From the NCBI GenBank assembly GCA_965603825.1, contig CBFDEM010000058.1:783424-847423 (forward strand): a stretch of 64,000 nucleotides of DNA, given 5' to 3'. The position numbers and the translations under genes were made by a program. This DNA comes from Blepharisma stoltei ATCC 30299 (taxonomy: Eukaryota > Protista > Ciliophora). Positions 34,469-48,399 of this stretch are shown piece by piece (the first letter of the stretch is position 1; each line of letters starts with the position of its first letter). The notes under the pieces are model-generated. The model was not told where the DNA came from. It did not search any database and saw only the letters and a program-made list of their open reading frames with translations.

Positions 34469-35648
34469 TTATTGTTCTATAATTGGATATAATATAGCTG
34501 CACAGTAGTTATATTTTCCTGTCATATATTGAACACGGCTTGGGAAAAAACTCGGATTCGTGATTTCTGTCTTTTCCGGATATTCCATCTGAGTGCTATA
34601 ATAATTCTTCGTAAAAGGCCCACCATAATACATAACCCTTGATTCCTTAAAAAGCACTGAAAAATAATCCATCCCACAGCACATCTGCTGCACCTCCAAC
34701 TCTGCTGGGACATCAAATTTCTTAGGATATCTCCATATCTTCAGCCCTACAACATAGATATGTCCAATATTACTTTTTAGCATCATAGTATTGGTCCCTA
34801 AGCACATTTCTTTAATCACATTCAGTTCACTAATTTTAAGCATAGTCGGGGTGTTAGCACAAATTGTTTCAAAAAATTCTTCCTCGTCTCCTACCCCAAT
34901 TTCATAATTTTCGTTATTTCCCCACGCATAGATTTTGCCTGAAGATGTTAATGCAGCACTTGAGTTTTCTCCAGCAGCAATTTTAATCACTTTATCAGCT
35001 TCCAGTTTTTCAAAAAAAGGGATTTTTCTAGGAACTTCTAAATGGCTGTCAAAATCCATTTCACCGAGAGCGCCAACTTCGTTATTTCCTCATGCATAAA
35101 TGTTGCCTTCATCAGTTAAGGCTAAACAATGCCGGCTTCCTGAAGCAATTTCTATGATATGGTCCTGGATTGCATCGATTTTTTTTGGGTAGCTCAGCTT
35201 TATTTTCTGAAAAATATCCTAAAGTATTGCGTGAGCGCCATTTAAAGATCTTGCGTAATGGATTTTGAGAGCTTGCATAGCCCCATGAGTAGACCTCTCC
35301 AGATTCTGAAAGGGCTATGGTGTGCAATTCACCACATTCAATTTGCTTCATAGGTGGAACTGAGGGAACTTTCATTGGACCTAAGGTGAAATTAGATGTA
35401 TGGCCTAGCTGAAGATGGTTGTTTTTTCCAAATGTGTAGACATCGCCTGAGCTTGTAATAAACCCACAATGAGAAGGACCAGTTGAGACATAAATTACAT
35501 CTTCATTGAAATCTTGGTTATCACCTGTCTTTTCTATTCGTTTTGGAGTAAATAATTTTGTGCCTGGAGGTTTATTATGGCCAAGGTATTTCCCTTCACC
35601 CCAGACGTAGAGAGAACCAAAATTCCTTAGAAACTTTGAAATCTTCAT
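34469..35648 (-). CDS. RCC1-repeat protein, possibly mitochondrial; single frameshift in an A8 run
   Basis: LYVWG, VYTFGKN..QLG, CGELHT.AL...GEVYSWG, SGSRHCLAL..GNIYA-W(TGA)-GNN. The frame changes at 35179-35186. Confidence 0.85.
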
Positions 35649-35847
35649 TTTACTCTTAACTAAAAAGTATAAATTTTAAATGCATATTTTGTTGTATATT
35701 ATTAAAACGCCAAAACTATTATTTCACTCATATCACAGAATAAATTTAAAATAAATTCTAATTATCTGATGATTACTAAAGACCTATTATTAGCAAGTTT
35801 ATTAATTATGTTTAATAAGCTTATTCCTTGTGGAAAAAAATTATTAA

Positions 35848-37080
35848 ATGGAAGCTTGGAAACTTATTTCAAAGAAGCTTGAACCTTTTCAGTACACAGT
35901 ATGAACTGAGTTTACACCTCTTGCTATAAAATATAACGCAGTAAATTTAGGGCAAGGTTTCCCTGCTTTCAAATGCCCTGAATTTGCGAAACAAGCCTTA
36001 ATTGATGCAACAAACTCTGATGAAAACCAATACTCAAGATCACAGGGCTACCTCCCTTTGTGCCAAGAATTAGCTAGAGTTTATAGCTCGAAATATAATA
36101 GAGAGATTAATCCTCTGACAGAAATAGCAGTCACAATCGGTGCTTCCGAAGGAATCATGTGTGCCCTCTTAGGCATGGTTAACCCTGGAGATGAAGTTGT
36201 TATGATAGAGCCTTGCTTTGACCTTTATATACCCCAAACAGCAATATTTGGAGGAATTCCAGTTGGTGTGCCTTTAACTCCACCAACTCCTGGAGAAAAT
36301 CAATGGACATTAGATTTTGACAGACTTGAAGCAGCTTTTAACGAAAGGACTCGTGTTTTTATGATAAATACACCCCACAATCCTATTGGGAAGGTTTTCA
36401 CAAGACAAGAAATCGAAAAAATTGCAGAGATTTTAGAAAAATGGCCAAATGTTTGCATAATTTCTGATGAGGTATATGAGTATATCACATATGATGGCAG
36501 AGAGCATATAAGTATAGCCAATTTTGGAAACCTCTGGGATAGAACAGTTGTTTTTGGAAGCGCTGGAAAAATCTTTTCAGTGACTGGATGGAAGACAGGA
36601 TGGGCTATAGGTGGAGCTGACGCTATAAAAAAAATCACGACAGCCCATATGTGGAATACATATTGCTCAAATACAGTCGCCCAAGGCGCTATTGCAAGAA
36701 TGCTTAGAATCGCTGACGAGCCTTACATCGGCTTCCCTAACTATTATGAATGGATGAAAAACGAATATACAAGAAAACGAGAAATACTTCATAACTTGCT
36801 GAAAAATGCTACAAAAATTGGAGTTGATCCAATTATTCCAGAAGGAGGATATTTTATGTGTGCCAGAGTGAACCCTTCGCTTATTGAGTCAAGTTACCTT
36901 GAAAACACAACCTATGACTTCGCATTTTGTAGATGGATGACTGAAAAACTAGGCGTTTGTGCTATTCCTTGTTCAGCATTTTATTTAGATCATCACAAGC
37001 AGGATGGAGAAAACCTTGTGCGATTCGCTCTATGCAAAGATTATAAAGACTACGAAGCTGCAGAAAAGCTACTAAGCTAA
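35848..37080 (+). CDS. Kynurenine/glutamine aminotransferase (PLP class I)
   Basis: ATG 35848, V-W(TGA)-TEFTPLA..NAVNLGQGFP, NTPHNP.GKV, SDEVYE, SAGKIFSVTGWK.GW. Confidence 0.93.
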
Positions 37081-37322
37081 AGCTAATAATTATATACCAT
37101 TTCTAGGTATTTTTATTTAAATTTACATCGTTATAAGAACTTAAATTTAAATTTAACTAATATTTTGATTTTGAGAGCAGGGAATAACCCCTATAAATTA
37201 AAAAAATATAGCACTAATGATAAGTCACAAGCCAACAGTAATGAAAACGCTATAATGCTTATATATAATTTAAATCTAAGAATTAGCATCTATTATGTAC
37301 TTTTTTGTGAATCGATTTGTAT

Positions 37323-40300
37323 TTAATTTGACACCATATCAGAAGATTCATAAGTATTTTCTCCTGGAAAAACTATGTCAGAAAACTGCGGAGTCACACT
37401 CGAGCTGCTTGCCCTCTCTTTTCTATTTTTCACCCAATTTCTCCAGCTGCGAAAGACAGTTCTCGCATAAAGCATAGCAAAGAAGAAATTCACCTTGCTA
37501 CCTTTGCTTTCTGATTCGATACTTTGTGACTGAAACTGGACTTTTTCTTTTGCCCTCAGCCTGCTAAGCTTTTTCAGGGTCGAATTTTCTTCTCTTTTCA
37601 TCAGCTTCTTAGAATTTCCTGTCACATTTCTGACAAGTAGCCTTTCGTGCTTCCTTTTCATCACTGCAAAAAGCATGTCATTATAATAAATATAGCCATC
37701 TTTATCTATTTCTAACCCCATAATTGACAAAATCTTTATCGCCCTTTCGTGTCCTACCTCTGGGGCTATTCCAAGTCCTTGGCCTAGATCATACATAAAA
37801 TTTGTCAGGTTTTTATAGTGGATTCTTTTCCCTCTGCTTTCTTTTGTATAATTCGCCCAGCATTTTTTGAACTTTTTTACGTCACCGTTGAAGATATTGA
37901 TGACGCTTTCCGGGTTGTTTTCGTAGTCTTCATAATTTTGGAGGATCACCATGACGAATAAGTTTAGCATGACAAAAGTAGTTGAGGAAATAAAAGAAAT
38001 AAAGAAAATGTAAGGCACAGCCTTTCCAGTCTTGTGAACACAATCATACATGATGGTCGGCCAGTCCTCTCCTGTAGAGCACCTAAATAGAGTGACCATC
38101 GCTTTATGGAAATTCTTGAAATTTGTATAGTCGTCGATAATGTTTCCACTGTCCACAGAGTGAAATAGATAGACACCGAGGATTGAGTAAACGGAGTAAA
38201 TGAGTATCAAAATCCCTGATACATTTAAAATAGCAGGCAATGAATAGGAAATAATTGTCAGCAAATCTCTTAGAGATTTCAGGAATTTAAAAAGCCTTAA
38301 TAAGCGTGAAACTCTAAAAACTCGGACAACTCGGATTAACTGAGGGCCAAGTTTCATATAGGCATTATCCGACTTCAAAATATATGTAGAAATCAAATCA
38401 AATGCTGAAGCTGCAGCCACGATAAAATCAAATTTATTTCAGGTATCATGAAAATATGCTTTCGGCCCATATGCAATTAATTTAATAATAGCTTCTGCAA
38501 TAAAAATAAGTGCGAAAATCGAATTTATATAGTCAAGAACATCTGTATACTCAGACGGCGCAGTATCATAATACATCGCCATTTCAATCATGTTTAATAA
38601 AATACAAGCCATTATAAACAGTTCAAATCCCCAATGCTTGCTCAGAGTATACAGCTTTGATCTAATTATATTTTCCGGCCTTTTAGATATATCAAGTGCA
38701 GGCTTGGACTGCACAATCAAAGATTGCAGCTCCACCCACACCATTTGTTCATTGGTCAAAATCAGTGCAGCAAGCGAGCTCTCGTTCCTTTTAGCTTCTG
38801 TGAATTTCTCAAAAATGACACCTGAAACCAAATTCACGAAGAATATCGAAGAAATAAAGATATGAAAAATAAAATAATAAGCAGCGCTGGGGTTATTTTC
38901 TCTAATCGGTGATTTTCCTTCGGCTACAGCGTCCACTGCAGCGTACATGTCATCAGGCCAATTTTCTTGTGAAGCCATTATAAACAAGGCAACCATAGCT
39001 TCTATCACATTATCATAATTTATGTCATAGCTCACCCATGAGTGACCATAAATCAAGCATTCTTTTTCTGTATGAATATTCGGATTATCGCAGGTATAGA
39101 GCTTCCCTCCAAATAGAGACACCCCTAATATTGCGAAAATCAGTCAGACTATAAGCATCACACAGGTGACGTTGAAGACAGAAATCATGGACTCCAAAAG
39201 AGCAGTGATCACAATTTTCATAGAAATGTTGTGGGAAATAAACCTCAGCGGCCTTAAAGTCCTTAAAAGCCGAAGCGCTTTGATTGCTGAGAAGTTGAAC
39301 CCAGAAAGCGACAAGTCAATTATAGAGACAATAACAATAAAAAAATCCAATTTATTCCAGGTTTCTCTTAGATAAGAGCCTTTTCCTAATATAAATCCCA
39401 TTGAAATAGATTTTATCACGTATTCAGATGTAAAAATAACAGCAAAAGCTATGTCAAAATAAGTAGAGACTTCTACTTCAATAGAGTCTGAAGGCTCATC
39501 CAACAAATATGTGTCTCATATTAGTTTTATTGTGCTGGCAGCAATAATAAAGTATATGCAGGTCTCAAATTTCTGGTTATTTGAAACAATATAGCAGAGT
39601 TTCCTTATAAAATTATTTTTCGAAAATATAAAATAGCTCCGCTCGATATCTATTCCATCGTACATCACTTTTGTTTTCCTTATTTCACTTTCTTTGCGCA
39701 GGAGTTCAAGCGTTTTGCTGTCAGCACTTTCGCTGACTTCAAGCTCTTCAATCATTTTTAGCTTTTCCTCTCTTTTTTTCTTGTGTCGTTCTCCAATTGA
39801 TCCAAAAATACTGTCTCTTCTATTAGAATTTCCATTGGAAGAAGTAGCATAGGATGTGTCTCCATCTTTATTACTAAACATATCAAGAACCAAGGCCAAA
39901 AATAAATTCATGAGTATGTAATTTCCTATCACTATTCAGAATACGCAAAATAGTCCTGAGCTGTACCCTCTGTCACTTCTCATTGTATTGTAGAGAATAG
40001 TTTGTCAGTTTTCCTCAGTCAGCATTTGGAAAGTACTGAGAAAAGAATAATGAAAATTATCAAAGTTATATCGGGGATGGCCGTCTGAAAAATAAAATCG
40101 TCCTGAAAATAGCTGAATTCCAATAATGGCGAAGATCAACACAAATAGAAGCAAAAATAAGATGATGTAGATAAGGCTTTTGAAGTTTTCTCTGAGTTTT
40201 CTCATAATGTGGTTCATTGAGTGCAAGTAGCGAAATAATCGGACAACTCGAACCACTCTGATAATCCTAAGCACTCTTAAGGCTCGTAATGCTGTAATAG

Positions 40301-43052
40301 TGGAAAGTGTATCAACTGTAAAAACCATCTCAATCAGGCTTATTATTGTGATTACTCCATCAAAAATATTCATCTTATCTCTTATATATCCAATTATTCC
40401 AAGTCCCAGCATTTTGAAACCCATTTCTACAATAAATATGATTGTAAATGCATAATTAAAATCAGAAAGCAAACTTGAAGTCTCCGAATCCATTCCATAA
40501 TGATAAGCTGCCAAAATTGCTGTATTCGTGAAAACACATAAAATCAAAAAATAATTCACAATTTTAGACTGCACCAAATCTCGAAACGGCGACTGAATTT
40601 TTTCTCATTTCCCCCTCACCCCTTTATGTCATAACTTAAAGTTATTTTTTAAGTAATCTTGGTACTGTGCTACTCTGGCAGTCTCACTTTCAAAAACGTC
40701 GCTTCCAGATCAATCTCCTATTATATACATTGATTTTCTGTCCTGCTCATTGATCTTTTTCACAAACTCATTTACATGGATATTTACTTTAAAAAACGCA
40801 AGATAAGGGTCTTTTTTAGTAGCTAAATAGTTGAAAACCTCCGTCTTGGTCTCAAACTGCTTGTATTTGTCTAGGTTTTCTTGGATCACGTACTCTTCAT
40901 TTTTTGTTAGAGTGTCAAGGCCTGACAAAATATTGCTTGAGCCTCTATAGGTGAATTGTTCAGCATAAGCTGCTTGGGAGTCTTCTATTTTCCATTCAGG
41001 AATGACGTCATAATAAGAATTGGACGACATATCAAAATGCTCTTCAATGTGAGCTTTAATTCTGATGGTTCGATGGTTGATTTCACGTGTAAGAAACCTC
41101 TGAGTGCTTGAAGCCGTCCTGCTGCAGTTCGATCTAAATTCAGTTCCATAAGATTTAATTGTCCTTCTCAATTTCCCTCCATTGTCTTTGGACAGGCTGA
41201 TGCGTGATTCATCAAGATTGACATCAGGAATTATGTATTTTTCGTGGCCTTTGTGAGGAGTGTCATCTTCTAAGAAATTTGGGACTTCTTTCAGTATGGC
41301 TGCGCCCATATTTTCATATTTAAATTTTAGCTTTGTGTTGACCAGGGTTGAATCAGGCCGCTGTGTAGTTGCAGCTGGGTCTATTGAAGAGCTTCTATCA
41401 AATTCTTCATTTTTCCCATCTTCAATGAGTGAATCAATTGACTCATCCCGAAGATGCACCAGGGGTATCACAACTGCCTGTCGTTTTATGTTTTCCAGCT
41501 TCAATAACTTTTTGGAGTTGCCTATATATTTAATCGGGCTTATTTCTACCCCTTCTTCATTAATCATAAGTGTGTCTCTGTTGACCATAGGGACAGATGT
41601 GCTTTCTTGGTTGTTGATTTGGTTTGTTTTGATATCGCCTTCGTCGTAAAGATCTTCAAATATAGAGGACTGAAACGAGTCTTCTAAAGACTCCTCTTTT
41701 ATTGAGTTTACCTTCTTTTTTCTCACAGTGTCCATTTCTCTTCGGAAATTTGAATATAAGATGACTCCTGTTAAATTCAAAATTAGGTAGGTTCCTACAA
41801 AAATCATAGGGACGAAGAAAATGATCACAAGCTGGCTTAAGGCTTTTTCAGCAATAATCATGTCGTGAGCCCAGCCTTCTTCGGTGAGGCATTGAAAGAT
41901 AGCTAAAAGTGCAAAAAAAATGTTATCAAAATTGTACATCCCATAAAAAGGGTTGTCCAAGCCTTGCGAGCACTTGTATCCTTCTGGGCAGGACATATTG
42001 CCACAGACGCTTTCGCCTTTAATTGAGGTCCCTATCTCAATATTCAAGCAATGATACTTAAATAGTCCCATAAATAATTGCAGCCCTGCTATAGAAAAGA
42101 TAAAAATAAAGAAAAATAGAATCAAAAAAGCATTTAAAAGAGGCCATGTTGAGCTTATCAGGGATGTAAAAATCACTTTTAATCCTTCAATTGAAGAAAT
42201 GCTTCTTAGCGGCCTGAGGACTCTAAAAACTCTTAACGCTGATAAATTCACTGAGTTTTGGCCTATTTGTATAAGTCACGCGGTCGCCACAATGACAAAA
42301 TCAAGGATATTTCAAACATCTCTGAAATACGCATTTCTCGTAAAAATCACTCCAAATGCTATCAATTTCAAGCCACATTCAGCTGTATATACATATAGGA
42401 AAAATAAATCAAGACTGGCCAAAGCACCAGTATCATTGGAATTCGGGTCTTCTATTGCCAGCACAACGGCATTAAATAAAATAATAATTACAATGAAAGC
42501 TTCAAAAATCGGGCTTAATACGATAACTCTAGCAAGAACCGACACTCCATGGACGATTCTTAAGGCCGCCTTCCTGATATGAAAGAAAATATTTCCATCA
42601 GGCAAATCATCAATTGTTTCAAAATATGTCATTTCTCTCACTTTAATAAAATTTTTCAACAGATCATGATCTTTGATAGCTTTTTCAAAATTCGAGGTCC
42701 CAATACGCTTTACCACGTCAAAAGACTGCACTAAAGTGTAGCTCCTCAGAAATTTTTTGTCTTTCGAGTCCTCTTGAAAAACTGAGAGTCTATTAAGGTC
42801 GACTGAATTTTCTTCTGGCTTGATAGAAAGCTGGGTTGAATCAAGATAAAATTGATCTTGGATGGAGGATGCAGAAGGACTAAGATTCAAAAAATCTGGG
42901 TTAGGTTTAGCATTCAGTAAGCTTTTATTGGCTGCCTCAATTTGAGCACTGAAATTTTCAGTTTCGATTAATTGGGAGGAGTATGAGCGAGGCTTCGAGG
43001 TTGGGGTTTTTATTGACTCAAATTTGTAGTCGAGTAGGCTGTCACGTTTCAT
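37323..43052 (-). CDS. Four-domain voltage-gated Ca2+ channel alpha subunit (1909 aa, apparently intronless)
   Basis: Seven track ORFs share one frame and are joined by TGA=Trp. Four Arg-rich S4 segments. P-loops LTEEGW, LTEENW, ASQENW, STGEDW (EEEE). Confidence 0.92.
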
Positions 43053-43494
43053 TTTGACTAATGATTATGTGAGATTAATTATATATTACTATTCATATTA
43101 GGATGCAAAAACAGCAGAATTCAATGCAAAAAAGATGAGCAAGTGCTTCTTTGGGAGTAAAAAAATGAAAAAGCGTATTATTTGATCCTGGAGTAAGCAC
43201 GATTAATGATTCTTATTATAGCAAATAAATAAAACTTTACTGAGCCTTCTTACTTCCAGTATTATAGAAAAATGAATATTTAAAAACCTTTCTTTTTAAG
43301 AAAGGATCATGGTCTTTTAATAATACCTTTCACCTGGGAACTGTCAAAATCAGTTCAATATTTTTCCTCATAAATGGTTATGCCCAAGTTAATATTCTGC
43401 AAATTGTATTATTAGGATAAATGCCTGCTTCTGTGCAGTCATTTAAATAGAATAAATATTTATTAAGATGGGATCTTAATAAATAATTAAGAAC

Positions 43495-44376
43495 ATGTCT
43501 TCATCTATTGATCCTACGCTCCAGAATACGCTTAGGTTTTGACTCAGAATTGATTTTGGGGACAAGAAATTGCAAACAATTAATGACGAGCTTGATTCGG
43601 CTTATGAACAAATGAGGACTAGCGTTCGAAGGAAAGAAACTACTACAGCAATGCTATTAGGATGCGGAATCGGAGCCTTTTATGGGATGTATTTAAAGCC
43701 TATATTAGGAAAAGGAAACTATCTGAGAAAAACAATTTGTGTCATGTTTGCAATATCATTTATAGATGCTGCTGAAGGAATTGTCTTGAAAAAGTATACG
43801 AACTATGACTTAGAAAATAAAATGATTGAAAGATATCAGTCTCAAATTTTGCAAAATCACCCAAAGATCAAGGAAAAATTGAAAGGGACAAATCCTCATG
43901 GAGGGATCCCATTTGGAAATCCACAAGGTTCTCTGATAAACAATAGCCAGTATCAAAATAATCAGAACTTCAACTGGCAGCCTTCTCAAAGCCAAAATTT
44001 ATGAAGTCAGGACGCAAACAATCGCCAGATAGAAAACTGGAATACACAGAATATTCAAGAAAACCAAAATTATCAAAATCCTAGAGATTTAGTGTGAAAC
44101 CCTGATCCTCAAGGTCAATTCAATGATTATTTAAAGCCTCAAGCGAACGACTGAAATTCTCAAAATAGCTGGGACAAGGAAAACCTGAGCAAGCAAGACC
44201 TTGGATATCCGAATTTCTCGAAGTATGACAGTTTGGGTAACAGAAAACCTGTAGATTATAAGAATAGCTTGAATAATCAGAATAATCATTACCCAGGAGC
44301 AACTGGCACAGATGAAATTAGCGTTCCTTATTATCCTGGAGTGCCTCCAGCAAGAATGCCAAACCAAAGACACTAA
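43495..44376 (+). CDS. 293-aa protein with two short hydrophobic segments and an N/Q/P-rich tail
   Basis: ATG 43495 to TAA 44376, open when four TGAs are read as Trp. Confidence 0.75.
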
Positions 44377-44456
44377 CAATAAATTTATTTATCAATATAA
44401 CAAAAATTCATATATAAAATATTAATAGTTTCCCAATAATAAGATCCTCAATAATA

Positions 44457-45359
44457 ATGGACTTTTGGGTTATCCTTCTCCTCTTTACCATCCCAGTCCT
44501 TCTTTTCAAGCTCTACAAGAAAACTCGTCCCATATCTTTTGCTGGAAAAACAGTGTGGATCACAGGAGCATCTTCAGGAATTGGAGAATTTTTAGCCTAC
44601 GAATTTATCAACAAAGGTGCATCTGTAATTTTATCAGCCAGAAATGTTGACGAGCTCAATAGAGTCCGCAATAATTTAGGTGTACGAAAAGAGAAAGCAA
44701 CTATAATCCCTCTCGACTTGGCAAATGGAGACTCAGCACTCCTCAAGGCGAAAGAAATCATGAAGCAGCATGAAATCGACATTCTGATTAACAATGCAGG
44801 TGTCAGCCAACGGTGCACTTTTATGGAGTGCCTTGACAGCTTGACTGTGGAGAGAAAAGCGATGGAATTGAACTATTTTAGCGTCGTTGCCCTCACAAAA
44901 GCTGCTGCTGAGGTTATGGCTAAAAGAGGATCAGGGCAGATTGTAGTGATTTCAAGCTTGGCAGGACTGGTAGGGTCTCCTTATAGAACGGGATACTCTG
45001 GCTCGAAGTTTGCGATTTCTGGGTTTTATGAAAGTCTGAGGAGTGAGCTTCATGATTATGGAGTCCAAGTCTCATCTATTTACCCTGGATATGTCAACAC
45101 CAATATAGCCAAAAATGCACTCAACTCTAAAGGAGAAGAATTTGGAAAGTCAGACCCAGCCAATGCAGAAGGGATGAGCGCTGAGCGTTTTGCGAAGAAG
45201 GCAATAAGAGGGATATTCAACAAGGATGCGGATTTACTTGTTTGTCCATTGAAGTATCATTTGATGTTTTACATCAAAGCTTTTTGCCCAGCTGCATTTC
45301 ATTATTTGTTGAGAAGCTATAGCAAAAAAGTCTTGAAGAAATTAAAGGAAGCATCATAA
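44457..45359 (+). CDS. Short-chain dehydrogenase/reductase (DHRS7-like)
   Basis: N-terminal anchor, WITGASSGIG, LINNAG, YSGSK catalytic motif. Confidence 0.92.
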   Translation: MDFWVILLLFTIPVLLFKLYKKTRPISFAGKTVWITGASSGIGEFLAYEFINKGASVILSARNVDELNRVRNNLGVRKEKATIIPLDLANGDSALLKAKEIMKQHEIDILINNAGVSQRCTFMECLDSLTVERKAMELNYFSVVALTKAAAEVMAKRGSGQIVVISSLAGLVGSPYRTGYSGSKFAISGFYESLRSELHDYGVQVSSIYPGYVNTNIAKNALNSKGEEFGKSDPANAEGMSAERFAKKAIRGIFNKDADLLVCPLKYHLMFYIKAFCPAAFHYLLRSYSKKVLKKLKEAS

Positions 45360-45508
45360 TAAATAAATATCATTTAGTTTATTACAAGATCTTCTTAAAA
45401 TGGTTAAATAATCTTATTAGATCTAAAGGAGGAATAATTACTATGAATAGTATACAGAATTTTTATCACTTTATTCTTTTTTATAATGAAATAAATAAAA
45501 ATTTTATG

Positions 45509-48247
45509 CTATTTTATTCTGTCTATAAAATAGTGATATGGCAATCCTAAAATAGATTTTAAGGCTTTCTCTGATATAATAGCATCAAGAAAACTGCAGT
45601 TAAAGACATGCATATTTCCAAAGTTTAAAATATGCTCTAGAGACAATTCCAGAGGCAAACCCCTGGTAATGGTATCGAGGTTTCATATTTTTATTGCTCC
45701 GTCATTTCCTGCACAAACAAAATAACTGCCAGCGCATGCTAAGTAATTATTATCAGAATAAACATCATACATATTTAAGGCCTTACCATAAAATTTGCTA
45801 TGTGAATCAAAATGAGTAATTTGCTTCTTAGTTTGGGAATTTCAAATACTCAAAATTATTTTTTCTTCTGTTCTGGAGTATTTGTGATAGCATATCATAT
45901 ATTTGCCAGATGGAGAATATGTGAAGCTAAAAATATAACTATCAATATCGTGCAGCTTTATTTCACTTGTTTTCTCGAAATTATTTAATTCTCATATTTG
46001 AATTGAGTACCCAGTACTCAAGATCGCTAAAAATTGTTTGCAAGGAGAAAAGTCAAATGCAGCATCAAAGGCTTCGAAAGAAGTAAATATTTGGTTTTCA
46101 AAGCTTCATAAGCGGACAGAGTTTTTATAACTATATGCCAAGTATCTTTGACATGGAGAAAAGAGCACTTTACTTCGCATGCATTGGCCAGTCTCAAATG
46201 TTCTAAAGATATCAGAATTAACGAAATCATATATCCAGCAGAATCCACTGCTTTCTGCATATGCTATGTATTTACCACAGTAAGAGATTGCCATTGACAA
46301 AACTTGCAGGTAGATTGTTGGATTAACAATGTCGAGCTTCTGCTTTGTAAAAATGTCGTAAATATATATTTTTCGTGACATTTCAAATGCAAGATATTTT
46401 TCAGATGGTGAAAAGGTAATTGATAAAACATTGGTTTGGCTGCTATCTTCCAGCTCTCCAAAGGATCCAATAAGTGCAAAGTTTTTCATATCTCAAACCT
46501 TGATTTTATAGTTAAAATGACCTGTAGCTAAATATCGACCTGATCCAGACAAAGAAACACAGGAGACCCCTAAAGTGAAATTACTGGGTCTAATACGGCT
46601 TTTGTCTGGCACTTTTACAACTTTAATTAAGCTATCGAATCTGCTGAGTGCTATTCATTTTCCACATTGAGAAATTGCTATCAGCTCGTGTTTACTCATG
46701 CATTTTTCAAAAAGTTCAATCTGTTCATTTGATTCAATATCTCAGATCTTCAATTTCTGACTGAGACACAACAGCAGGGCAAACTTTCCACATGGTGAAA
46801 AATTAATCTGTTTAATGTCCGAGCAAATATTAAGTTTCATGAGTCTTCCTTGATGGTTGAAATCTCAAAGCTCAGCACGATTGTCACTCGTAATAGAGAG
46901 ATACCTTTCGTTTGGAAAAAAAGATAAGCCCAGATAATTGTTAAATGGCCATGCGAGATCAATTTTTCTTTTTGTGGCAACTTCTCAAATCGTGATTACC
47001 CAACCATAATATCCTGCAATATATTTAGAGTTTCTGGAAAATCTTATAAATTCTCTCTGCACAGCTCAATTATCAAGCTTTGAAAGCAATTCAAAAGTTT
47101 CTGGGTTCCAAAAATAAGCAGTATTTTTTGACATTGCAAAAAGATAAGCATTGCTTGGAGAGAATAAAACAAAATCAAATTTCCCCTTGAGTTTGTGTAT
47201 AATTTTTTCAGATTCTATATCTCTTATTTGAATATGGCTTTTAATACACATCGCAATATAACTTCCAACATTTGAAAAAGAAAACGATAATACTTGTTTC
47301 AAAATTTTTCCGAATTTATTTACCTCCTTTTGATCATCAACACTCCAAATATTAAATTTCGAGTCCATAAATCCAAGATATTTCCCACAAGCTGAAAAAC
47401 TAAGATAACTGATTATCCCAAACATAGCAGCTTTTATGTGTAAAATTTCATCAAAAGAAATATCAGATAGATTGCAGCCATTAAAATTTGCAAATTCAAT
47501 TGAGGATTGCTGGAAATTTACTCCTTGCAAGTCGCTATTTTCAAAATTGACATTGATGAAAAGCCCTCTTGAAAGGTCAGCAAAAGGAATTTTTATACCT
47601 GACAAATCCAAATTCTTTCAAGTAAAACTTGAGCGATTCAAGATTGTTGCTGCATTACTTGCGGCAAGCGAAACTGTACCTGATTCTTTTGAAAGCAAAA
47701 TTATTTTATATAGAAGTTCTTGCAGCTCAGGAGTTAAATAATCTGGAATAAGAGCCAATAAGTCGCTTTGACAGATGAAGGAAGTTTTATTGAGAATGCT
47801 TACTTCAATAAAAGCAGCATCATTGCAAGAATTAATTTCACGTATCAGCCTCTTTATTTTTGAAAGCTCGATATCTTTCTTAGAAATCATCACACTCTTG
47901 CCCAAAGTTTTACTTTTTGCCAGTTTTCAAAGAAGCTGATTATCTGGCTCAGCTATTGGCTGATATAAACTTTGAGAGCATTTCTCATGATTTCTTATGG
48001 TGATTGAATTAATCAAGCCAATTAGTAAAAGAAGATCCTTGCAATAATCTATTCTTTCGTTCGTTAAGCAAATTCTCGTAAATAATTTATTGGAGATATT
48101 TCTGAAGAGTGCTTGTTTTGGCAATATTATTGAACCCATGAGTAATTCATCAGATTTTATTTTTTCTTCTGCTATCATTGTTTCTTTTAGATAACTACTT
48201 AAGATCTTCTCTTTATATCTTGAGGTTATCTGTTCATTTCTGTGCAT
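45509..48247 (-). CDS. Pentapeptide-repeat + WD40 beta-propeller protein (912 aa)
   Basis: Continuous frame ATG 48247 to TAG 45509. Many TGAs fall at WD Trp positions (ITI-W-E, LKI-W-D, IKV-W-D, IKI-W-N). Contains AASNAATILN..DLSGIKIPFADLSRGLF..SDLQGVNF. Confidence 0.88.
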
Positions 48248-48399
48248 TTTTTATATAATTAAAGGATGAAATTTTCCAATAGGAATTCGAATAAAACAGG
48301 ACAATTTCATCTAAAATAATATATTGATTTTATTTAATTACACTTATTGCCAGTATATTGCTGTCAAGCCAACAAAATTTCATAACTTATTTAATACTC

